Of a DNA stretch of 57,255 nt, positions 9,368 to 16,696 are shown piece after piece. The stretch's first letter is position 1; each line of letters starts with the position of its first letter. The position numbers were made by a program, and so were the translations under genes. Origin of the DNA: a virus (Duplodnaviria; Caudoviricetes); IMG/VR virus record IMGVR_UViG_3300042294_005616, positions 1-57,255 of that record, one strand, 5' to 3'. Below the pieces are notes generated by a model that saw nothing but the letters and a program-made list of their open reading frames with translations, had not been told where the DNA came from and searched no databases.

Positions 9368-9378
9368 AAATAAGAGTT

Positions 9379-9630
9379 ATGACATTTAGAAAAAAAACAA
9401 AAGCTCGGTTCCAATCATTTCTAAGACGATTAGGTTTGCTTTGTAAAAAACCTACTGAACCAACTAAACGAATTCGTATTTCTAGAACTATTAATCCTGA
9501 TGGTAGTACTACTCAACATGAACGTTTAACTAAACAACCATTATTTGAAGGTAATACGTTTGAATCCGAATTACACATCTACAATGAGATTAAAAAAACA
9601 GTAAAGAAAACCCGTAAATCTAAAAAATAA
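9379..9630 (+). CDS. Basic hypothetical protein
   Basis: ORF after a promoter, AGAGTT-ATG start context. Confidence 0.5.
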   Translation: MTFRKKTKARFQSFLRRLGLLCKKPTEPTKRIRISRTINPDGSTTQHERLTKQPLFEGNTFESELHIYNEIKKTVKKTRKSKK

Positions 9631-9635
9631 AAGTT

Positions 9636-9959
9636 ATGAAAATCAACCAAGAAAAAGTTATGAACTTATTGAAACCGGCTATGAATTTAATTATTGTAGC
9701 AGCTGTAGGAACCCTTATGTTTCGTTTAGGAGCAGCATATCAAGCACATGAAGCTAAAGAAACCACTAAAGTAGAAAACCCATATGCACATGCATTTTCT
9801 CCTGAGGAAATTTCAATTGCAGTTAATGAATCAAATGAATTAATCATGATCGAACGTGCAACTGGAGATTACATTGTATATTCAGATCAAATTGGTCAAA
9901 CTATCTTTGGTATGTATGCCAATCGTATTCACCAAGAAGCAACTAATGTTAGTAAATAG
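9636..9959 (+). CDS. Membrane-anchored hypothetical protein
   Basis: N-terminal TM segment; AAAGTT-ATG start. Confidence 0.55.
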   Translation: MKINQEKVMNLLKPAMNLIIVAAVGTLMFRLGAAYQAHEAKETTKVENPYAHAFSPEEISIAVNESNELIMIERATGDYIVYSDQIGQTIFGMYANRIHQEATNVSK

Positions 9960-10467
9960 TATCAAAATCGGTATTGTAGCGGGGGCAGTTATTGCCACCG
10001 CTCTTACTGTTACTGAACCGGAAGTGCAATCAACTCAAGAAGTGCGCATTCCCGACAGTATCGATCAAGGATCACCACCATCATTGCAAATGTACAAGTA
10101 TATTAAAGCATACGCTGATACATTTGATATTCCATTGAATTATGCATTTGGAGTAGCATATTGTGAAACAAGATATGAAGGACCCTTCCAATGGAAATAC
10201 AACCCAGCTCAAACATCTTGTACAGGTGCTGAAGGTCCAATGCAGATTTTGCTTTCAACCGCACGTTATTTGAATAGAGATGGTGTTTCACGCCAACGTT
10301 TACGTACAGATATTGAATATAACGTAAAAACATCATTAGGATATGTAAGACGTTTATACAATCGCTATAAAAGTTGGCCAATTGTATTTGGATACTATAA
10401 TACAGGTTATCCTAGAATAAACGATTACGCAAGAAAGGTTGTAAACTTTAAAATAAATTGGAGATGA
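9946..10467 (+). CDS. Lytic transglycosylase (SLT/GH23) with N-terminal anchor
   Basis: AYCET (catalytic Glu), AEGPMQI, YYNTG; likely start 9946. Confidence 0.8.
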   Translation: MLVNSIKIGIVAGAVIATALTVTEPEVQSTQEVRIPDSIDQGSPPSLQMYKYIKAYADTFDIPLNYAFGVAYCETRYEGPFQWKYNPAQTSCTGAEGPMQILLSTARYLNRDGVSRQRLRTDIEYNVKTSLGYVRRLYNRYKSWPIVFGYYNTGYPRINDYARKVVNFKINWR

Positions 10468-10712
10468 AACAAGTAGTTTGTATAAATGACAGTAGATTAC
10501 CTGAAGGTGCTCAAGTTATCAAAGGTAGAGAATATAATGTAGTAGATGAGTTTGTAAACAACTATGATCAACGAGTTTATATCATTGAAGGTATTGCAAA
10601 TGAAGGCACTACCAAAATGGGGTTACGTTGGATTGGTTATGATGCAAATCGCTTTGCAGAACCTGAATCATTAATGGAAGAAATACAAGAATACGCATAC
10701 GCAGAAGCATGA
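10464..10712 (+). CDS. Hypothetical protein
   Basis: VVCIND..GREY.V..RF pattern; coupled to neighbours. Confidence 0.55.
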   Translation: MKQVVCINDSRLPEGAQVIKGREYNVVDEFVNNYDQRVYIIEGIANEGTTKMGLRWIGYDANRFAEPESLMEEIQEYAYAEA

Positions 10713-11503
10713 AAAAAGTAAAAATTAGCCACGAGGTACCATTTTGCCTCTTAGAAAAAAGTAGAGAATTCAATGACTACGATTATTGTTTACCTCATCT
10801 AATGGATGAAAATGAAGAATATCGTAATTTCTTCTATGAATCAAAGAAAATGGGTCGCTACATTGTAATGGACAATTCACTCCATGAACTAGGTGAAGCA
10901 TATAATTCAGAACGTTTAATGTATTGGGTAAATGAAATTGAACCAAATGAATTTATTGTACCTGATGTTTGGGAAGATAAGACAGCATCAATTGTAAATG
11001 CTCGTTCTTGGGCTCATACTAAAATGCCTAAAAACACTACTAAAGTAGCTGTAGTACAAGCAAAAAATATTCATGAAGCTTATGAATGTGTGCAAATATA
11101 TAAAGATTTAGGTTATAAGAAAATAGCATTTTCATATGGTGCAGAATATTATCATGAAATGTGTCCACACCCAAACAAAGATTTAGGTAAAGCAATTGGA
11201 CGATATATAGTAGTTTCATCAATGTATAATGATAAAACATTACTTTATAACGATCGAGTACATTTACTTGGAACTGCAAGTCCTATTGAATTTGGAATGT
11301 ACAAAAATATTTCTTGCATTGAATCAATTGATACTTCAAATCCAATTATGGCTGGAATAGAAGGAATACCATATACAAAAATGGGGCTAGATTCAAAGCC
11401 AACGGCTAATATGAATAATTTCCAAGATAAACCAATCACAGAAACTCAAATGAAGTTTATTGAACATAACGTTATAAACTTTAGACAAATAAATGGACTC
11501 TAA
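10709..11503 (+). CDS. Divergent tRNA-guanine-transglycosylase-like protein (DpdA-like DNA base-exchange enzyme)
   Basis: MDNS, VPDV, AVVQ, VHLLG, SIDTS match the TGT/DpdA barrel motifs in order; next to que genes. Confidence 0.7.
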   Translation: MKKVKISHEVPFCLLEKSREFNDYDYCLPHLMDENEEYRNFFYESKKMGRYIVMDNSLHELGEAYNSERLMYWVNEIEPNEFIVPDVWEDKTASIVNARSWAHTKMPKNTTKVAVVQAKNIHEAYECVQIYKDLGYKKIAFSYGAEYYHEMCPHPNKDLGKAIGRYIVVSSMYNDKTLLYNDRVHLLGTASPIEFGMYKNISCIESIDTSNPIMAGIEGIPYTKMGLDSKPTANMNNFQDKPITETQMKFIEHNVINFRQINGL

Positions 11504-11533
11504 TTTGGAGTCCATATTTTATTTTAGTATATT
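11495..11533 (+). promoter_or_regulatory. Hairpin (ATGGACTC..GAGTCCAT) overlapping promoter TTG 11505 / TATATT 11528
   Basis: Inverted repeat plus conserved promoter spacing. Confidence 0.5.
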
Positions 11534-11550
11534 AATACAAATAATAAGTT

Positions 11551-11817
11551 ATGGAAATGTTAAGTTTATATGATTACCTAGGCAAAGCCGCAGGTGAAGA
11601 ATTAGGTAAAGAAGTTTGGACAGCAGCTGCAGAAGCTAATGTTCCAACACAACTTCGAGAAATTTCTAATCCAAAATACACAGGAAAAGTTACTTTATAC
11701 CCTAAAGATTTTCTTGATTTTTATTTTAGAGAACCTGCATCATATCAAATTGAAGATGCTTTACCTGAAGGACATGATTGGACCGGAAACCTTGAAGACG
11801 ATGACCTCCCTTTTTAA
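11551..11817 (+). CDS. Small protein ending in an SSB-like acidic tip
   Basis: C-terminus NLEDDDLPF. Confidence 0.6.
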   Translation: MEMLSLYDYLGKAAGEELGKEVWTAAAEANVPTQLREISNPKYTGKVTLYPKDFLDFYFREPASYQIEDALPEGHDWTGNLEDDDLPF

Positions 11818-11980
11818 TCATACTAAAGAAGAGTTTGAAAAACACCGTGAGATTTGGAAATCTGAATGGTATGATCATTGGAGACTCTTGGATATTGACT
11901 TTGAATGTTATATGTTGATGAGAGGATTAACAAAAGAAGAATTTAAAAAATTAAATAGCGAAATATGGCAAAACACGTAG
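11801..11980 (+). CDS. Small hypothetical protein
   Basis: ATG 11801 lies in the 11639 ORF frame and overlaps both neighbours. Confidence 0.45.
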   Translation: MTSLFNHTKEEFEKHREIWKSEWYDHWRLLDIDFECYMLMRGLTKEEFKKLNSEIWQNT

Positions 11981-12804
11981 TAGTATCCTTATCTGGAGGG
12001 ATGGATTCCTCCACATTGTTACTTCGTTGCTTGAAAGAGTACGATACAGTAACTGCACTTTCATTTGATTATGGACAAAAACATAGAGTTGAACTTGAAC
12101 GCGCTCAATCATTAGTAGATTATATTAATGAAACCTATTCCCCTATCCGTTACCGTCAAATCCAATTAAACGGATTATCTGATTTGTTAAATTCAGCACT
12201 TGTAACAGGTGGAGATGATGTACCTGAAGGACATTATGCTGAAGAAAACATGAAAGCAACAGTTGTTCCTAATCGAAATAAAATATTTGCTTCAATTATT
12301 CAAGCAGTTGCACTTTCAATTGCTGACGAAACAGATGAGCAATGTGACATTGCAATGGGAATCCATGCAGGTGATCATGCAATTTACCCAGATTGCCGTC
12401 AAGAATTTAGAGATGCAGACGATCATGCCTTTAGAGTAGGTAATTGGGGTTCTGAAAAAGTAGGTTACTTTACACCATATCTTGAAGGTGATAAATTTAC
12501 CATCTTACAAGATGGAGAAGTATTATGTGGTGAATTAGGTTTAGACTTCAATGAAGTATATAAACGTACAAACACTTCATACAAACCAATTTACCACGAA
12601 ATGGCATATGAAGAAGGAGCCGATATCATTGAAGTAAAAGAATGGTTCTCTGATTACAAATCAGCAAGTTCCGTGGAGCGAGTAGAAGCTTTTATTAAAT
12701 TAGGACGTCCTGATCCTGTAGCTTATGCAGACGAAGAAGGACCTGTAACATGGGAATATGTAGTAAAAGAAGTATCTAAAGTACTAGCAAGCCATGCAGG
12801 ATAA
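11965..12804 (+). CDS. queC: 7-cyano-7-deazaguanine synthase QueC
   Basis: SLSGGMDSS, FDYGQKH..EL, VPNRN, YPDCR.EF. Confidence 0.92.
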   Translation: MAKHVVVSLSGGMDSSTLLLRCLKEYDTVTALSFDYGQKHRVELERAQSLVDYINETYSPIRYRQIQLNGLSDLLNSALVTGGDDVPEGHYAEENMKATVVPNRNKIFASIIQAVALSIADETDEQCDIAMGIHAGDHAIYPDCRQEFRDADDHAFRVGNWGSEKVGYFTPYLEGDKFTILQDGEVLCGELGLDFNEVYKRTNTSYKPIYHEMAYEEGADIIEVKEWFSDYKSASSVERVEAFIKLGRPDPVAYADEEGPVTWEYVVKEVSKVLASHAG

Positions 12805-12973
12805 AAGTATTATAAATTGGGAACTACATCAAAAGCTAATGGCAAAGAAAAGAACAATTAAAATATGTACCGGAATTGGATTGAATATGTTCTTTCCTGA
12901 GTACGTAACTATCGAATTACAGAATATAGACACTGAAATTAGAAAACCTAAAACATCAAAGAAAAATGGCTAG
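12794..12973 (+). CDS. Small hypothetical protein (59 aa)
   Basis: Read manually (MQDKSIINWELHQK..KKNG*); fills the queC-queD gap with overlaps at both ends. Confidence 0.45.
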   Translation: MQDKSIINWELHQKLMAKKRTIKICTGIGLNMFFPEYVTIELQNIDTEIRKPKTSKKNG

Positions 12974-13442
12974 ATACATTTCAACAAAATTATTTGACAA
13001 TTACTCAGTAGCAATTCGTCAATACAAAGCAGCCCATTCACATTGCCAGTTATTGCATGGTTATGCTTTGAAATTTAAAGTATGGTTTGCTTCAAACGAA
13101 CCATTAGAGGAAAATCAACTTGATGATATGAACTGGATTGTTGATTATGGAGGTTTTAAACCTGCACCTCAAGGTAATGGTTTGAAAGCTTGGATGGACC
13201 ATATGTGGGATCACACAACTTTAATTCAAGCAGACGATCCATACCGTGATTTGTTTGAACAAATGCAAATGGAAGGATTATGTAAAGTACATTTCCTAGA
13301 AAAAATGGGTGCTGAAAGTAATGCAAAACTTGTATTTGATCATTTCAATGAAGTACTAGCTAAAACAGATGCTGGGCGTTGTAAAGTAATTAAAGTAGAA
13401 TGTTTTGAAAACGATAAAAACTCTAGCATCTATGAAGAATAG
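12966..13442 (+). CDS. queD: 6-carboxy-5,6,7,8-tetrahydropterin synthase QueD
   Basis: HCQLLHGY, WIVDYG, WDH, AE..A, V.CFE..KNS. Confidence 0.88.
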   Translation: MARYISTKLFDNYSVAIRQYKAAHSHCQLLHGYALKFKVWFASNEPLEENQLDDMNWIVDYGGFKPAPQGNGLKAWMDHMWDHTTLIQADDPYRDLFEQMQMEGLCKVHFLEKMGAESNAKLVFDHFNEVLAKTDAGRCKVIKVECFENDKNSSIYEE

Positions 13443-13499
13443 TTATTATACGACAACCACCACTTTTGGTGACATTAAATTCACTTATACAATAATAAA

Positions 13500-13748
13500 A
13501 TGAAAGAAATTTTATACTTCTCTGCCCCTTGGTGTATGCCATGTAAAAACTTTAAACCCGTTATGGAACGTGTAGGGCAACAACATCCTGTTAAATTTAT
13601 TAACGTGGATGAAAATCCTCAAATGGCTGCACAATACAATATTCGAAGCGTACCTACGCTTGTATTTTTGAAAGACGGTCAAGAGGCAGACAAATCAATC
13701 GGAGTTTTAACTGAAGCACAAGTAAAAGAAAAATGGAATCTAGTCTAG
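13500..13748 (+). CDS. trxA: Thioredoxin
   Basis: WCMPC, INVDE, IRSVPTL. Confidence 0.9.
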   Translation: MKEILYFSAPWCMPCKNFKPVMERVGQQHPVKFINVDENPQMAAQYNIRSVPTLVFLKDGQEADKSIGVLTEAQVKEKWNLV

Positions 13749-14515
13749 GAAGAATAGAAGATTACAACAAAGTTTTACCAATTGTAGAATTATATCGTTG
13801 CGTTCAAAGCGAGGGATCTCGTTTTGGACGCCCAACGATTGCAGTTCGTACAACAGGTTGTACTCACCGCTGCTACTTTGGAGAAGGCGGATGGTGTGAT
13901 TCTTGGTATACAAGTATCCACCCAGAAAAAGGTACATTTACCTTTAATGATATTATCAAAATTTATGACGAAAACCCACACATCAAAGAAATGATGTTGA
14001 CGGGTGGCTCACCTACAATGCACCCTAAGCTTGTAAATGAGTTAACACATTTTGCTTATGAAAGAGGTATTCTTATTACTATTGAAACCGAAGGTTCTCA
14101 TTTCCTCGCTACTGACTATCCTATATCTCTTATATCTCTCAGTCCTAAATTTGGTAATAGTATTCCCGTACTTGGAGCTGTTACGCCTCAAGGAGCGATT
14201 GTGGACCAGAAAATGATTGATCAACATAATAAGTTCCGTCTTAAAATGGATACAATCAAACAAACACTCGATTATCACTTCGATTATCATTACAAACCAG
14301 TTTGGGATGGTACTGAAGAGAATTTAGCTGAAATTGAAGCATTTAGAGTTGCATTGGAAATCCCAAAATGGAAAACCTATATCATGCCAGCTGGTGATAC
14401 AAGAGATGAATTAATTAAAATGTATCCACTTGTATTTGATATGTGTGCTGAAAAAGGATACAACATGACAGGTAGAGATCATATTATTGCATTCGATACA
14501 AAAAGAGGAGTATGA
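13733..14515 (+). CDS. queE: 7-carboxy-7-deazaguanine synthase QueE (radical SAM)
   Basis: Q.EG...G.P...VRTTGC, WCDS, LTGG.P, IETEG, SLSPK. Confidence 0.88.
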   Translation: MESSLGRIEDYNKVLPIVELYRCVQSEGSRFGRPTIAVRTTGCTHRCYFGEGGWCDSWYTSIHPEKGTFTFNDIIKIYDENPHIKEMMLTGGSPTMHPKLVNELTHFAYERGILITIETEGSHFLATDYPISLISLSPKFGNSIPVLGAVTPQGAIVDQKMIDQHNKFRLKMDTIKQTLDYHFDYHYKPVWDGTEENLAEIEAFRVALEIPKWKTYIMPAGDTRDELIKMYPLVFDMCAEKGYNMTGRDHIIAFDTKRGV

Positions 14516-15006
14516 TTCTATTTACTTCAGAGCAAATTCAAGAAAAAGTTAAAGAACTAGCCCACCGCATTTCATTTAAACATACTGTTGATGATGATGT
14601 AGTAATGATATGTGTATTAAATGGTGGGTTTATGTTTTTTAGTGATTTAGCTAAAGAAATGTCAATTGATTTTGAAGTTGACTTTATACGAGCCAAATCA
14701 TACAATGGACAAGATCAAGGTGTAGTTCATATCTTAAAAGATATTGAAACAAACATTGAAGGAAAATATGTATACGTAATAGATGATTTCTATGATACTG
14801 GAAATACTTTAAATAGAATTTTAGAGCATTTATCTGCTTTGAACCCTTTATCACTCCAAATGATTACTCTATTAACTCGAGATACTTCCCCTTTATCAGA
14901 ATATCATCATATTTCAGGTTTCATGATCCAAGATCAATGGGTAGTAGGTTATGGAATGGATAATAATTCAAAAGAGCGAAATTTAGATTATATTTACGCA
15001 CTTTAA
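14512..15006 (+). CDS. hpt: Hypoxanthine/guanine phosphoribosyltransferase-like enzyme
   Basis: VLNGGFMF.SDL, SY, VIDDFYDTGNTL (PRPP loop), VVGYGMD, RNL. Confidence 0.85.
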   Translation: MILFTSEQIQEKVKELAHRISFKHTVDDDVVMICVLNGGFMFFSDLAKEMSIDFEVDFIRAKSYNGQDQGVVHILKDIETNIEGKYVYVIDDFYDTGNTLNRILEHLSALNPLSLQMITLLTRDTSPLSEYHHISGFMIQDQWVVGYGMDNNSKERNLDYIYAL

Positions 15007-15007
15007 C

Positions 15008-15036
15008 TTGGAGATTAAAAATATTCTTCGTACATT
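15008..15036 (+). promoter_or_regulatory. Early promoter TTG-N20-TACATT
   Basis: TTG at 15008, TTCGTACATT at 15027. Confidence 0.6.
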
Positions 15037-15056
15037 TATATAAAATAATTAGTTAT

Positions 15057-15755
15057 ATGTCAGAAAACAATCGTAAAAAACAGCACACAGATTTAGAATG
15101 TGTAAAAATTGGTTTTGCAAATGGTGTTGCACCTGGTTTTCCACTTACCGAGAAAGAAAAGTGGGCAATGGTAGATGAAGCAGAAGAAGCTTATGGTAAG
15201 TTCTTAACTGCATTAGGTGTAGATTGGGAAAACGATCCAAACTCATCTGATACTCCACGTCGTGTAGCAAAAGCATATGTATTTGATTTATTTGCAGGTC
15301 GATATACTGCAATGTCCGATATTACTTCATTCCCTAGTGATGGTTATGATGGTATTGTAATCGAACGAAATATTCCTGTTACTTCAATGTGTTCACACCA
15401 CCACCAAACAATTGGAGGAGTAGTTCATATTGGTTATGTAGTTGGAAACGAAGGTAGAGTAATCGGCTTATCTAAATTGAACCGTATTGTAGAACTATTT
15501 GGTCGTAGAGGTGCTATCCAAGAACAATTAACTTCAGCAATCCACAATGCAGTAAACAAAATTTGTGAATTGAATAGAGGAGTAATCGTAACTGTAGTAG
15601 CAACCCACAACTGTGTATCTTGTAGAGGTGTAAAACACCAAGGTGCTTCAATGGTAACTACAAAAGCATCAGGTGTGTTCTTGGAAAATGATAATCAAGC
15701 ACGTAAAGAATTCTTCGATTCAATCAAAATCAATAACGGAGGACACCAGATATGA
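15057..15755 (+). CDS. folE: GTP cyclohydrolase I FolE
   Basis: DTPRRVAK, SMCSHH, GLSKLNR, QEQLT, HNCVSCRG. Confidence 0.93.
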   Translation: MSENNRKKQHTDLECVKIGFANGVAPGFPLTEKEKWAMVDEAEEAYGKFLTALGVDWENDPNSSDTPRRVAKAYVFDLFAGRYTAMSDITSFPSDGYDGIVIERNIPVTSMCSHHHQTIGGVVHIGYVVGNEGRVIGLSKLNRIVELFGRRGAIQEQLTSAIHNAVNKICELNRGVIVTVVATHNCVSCRGVKHQGASMVTTKASGVFLENDNQARKEFFDSIKINNGGHQI

Positions 15756-16369
15756 GCCCATTAGAAAAGAAACAAGCTGAGTTAATTTCATTATTAGCAG
15801 GCCAAGTAGTTGATCTTTCCCTAATGTCCAAAATTGAACTTGGAGACGATGTAGTTAAGGAATGGTCTAGGTTAAATATCGAGATTAGTAATCTAAAAGA
15901 AAACTATGTGCCATTTGTATCAGAAGTTGAAGAGTTCAATGCAGTTATGGGGAAGCCAAATAATTATGACCCGGTCATTCCCGACGAGAAGGAGTGGATG
16001 TTTGTCTATAATTTCATTTTGGAGGAACTCGAAGAATATAAGCATGCGTGTGAAACAGGCAATATTGTTGAAGTGCTTGATGCTCTATGTGACATTACCT
16101 ACGTATCGTTGGGTAACGGGGCTATGTTACATGGTCTTAAGGATAAAGTATGGCCCGCGTATCAAGAGGTTCAAGCGTCAAATCTTAGCAAAGCTTGTAC
16201 AAGTGAAGAAGAGGCACAAGAAACCGTTAGAGTTCGCTCCGCAGAGCAAGAGGAACCATGTCACTATGAACAGGTTGGTAAGTATTTTATCGTCTATAGA
16301 ACACGCGATCGCAAGGTTATGAAGAACATTAATTACTTCAGACCAGACCTTACCCAATTTTTTAAATAA
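15752..16369 (+). CDS. MazG-like/all-alpha nucleoside triphosphate pyrophosphohydrolase
   Basis: V.EFN, EELEEY..EVLDALCDITY, EVQASNLSK, KVMK..YF.PDL. Confidence 0.8.
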   Translation: MSPLEKKQAELISLLAGQVVDLSLMSKIELGDDVVKEWSRLNIEISNLKENYVPFVSEVEEFNAVMGKPNNYDPVIPDEKEWMFVYNFILEELEEYKHACETGNIVEVLDALCDITYVSLGNGAMLHGLKDKVWPAYQEVQASNLSKACTSEEEAQETVRVRSAEQEEPCHYEQVGKYFIVYRTRDRKVMKNINYFRPDLTQFFK

Positions 16370-16384
16370 AATATAAATCAAAAT

Positions 16385-16675
16385 ATGAAAACACCAAATC
16401 AAATTGTTAAAGAATTAAAACATGTTGTAGAATGGTCTCAACCTAATATTAGATATAATGAGATTATGTCTTTAATCAAACAACTAGAGATCTCTTTAAA
16501 CCCACCTACAAATAAACCAACTCCAATTATTGAAAAACCAGTTGTTAAAGCTCCTGTAGTAGAAACACCTGTAGAAGAACTTACAATTGAAGAAATATCT
16601 GCTGAAGTATTAAGTGCAGATGTAGATACAGTGGAAGAAACCCCAACCACTATCAAAACTACTAGAAAGAAGTAA
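16385..16675 (+). CDS. Hypothetical protein with a P/E/T-rich tail
   Basis: Intact ORF with A-rich leader. Confidence 0.5.
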   Translation: MKTPNQIVKELKHVVEWSQPNIRYNEIMSLIKQLEISLNPPTNKPTPIIEKPVVKAPVVETPVEELTIEEISAEVLSADVDTVEETPTTIKTTRKK

Positions 16676-16696
16676 TTTTAATATTAAATAAGAGTT

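Noticed and set aside
11965-15755. que genes as host-type tRNA queuosine biosynthesis, or a QueC-based defence system
   Set aside because: No queF, queA or canonical zinc-binding tgt, and no Qat-type partners; phage replication context and the DpdA-like gene favour DNA modification, though this is unproven
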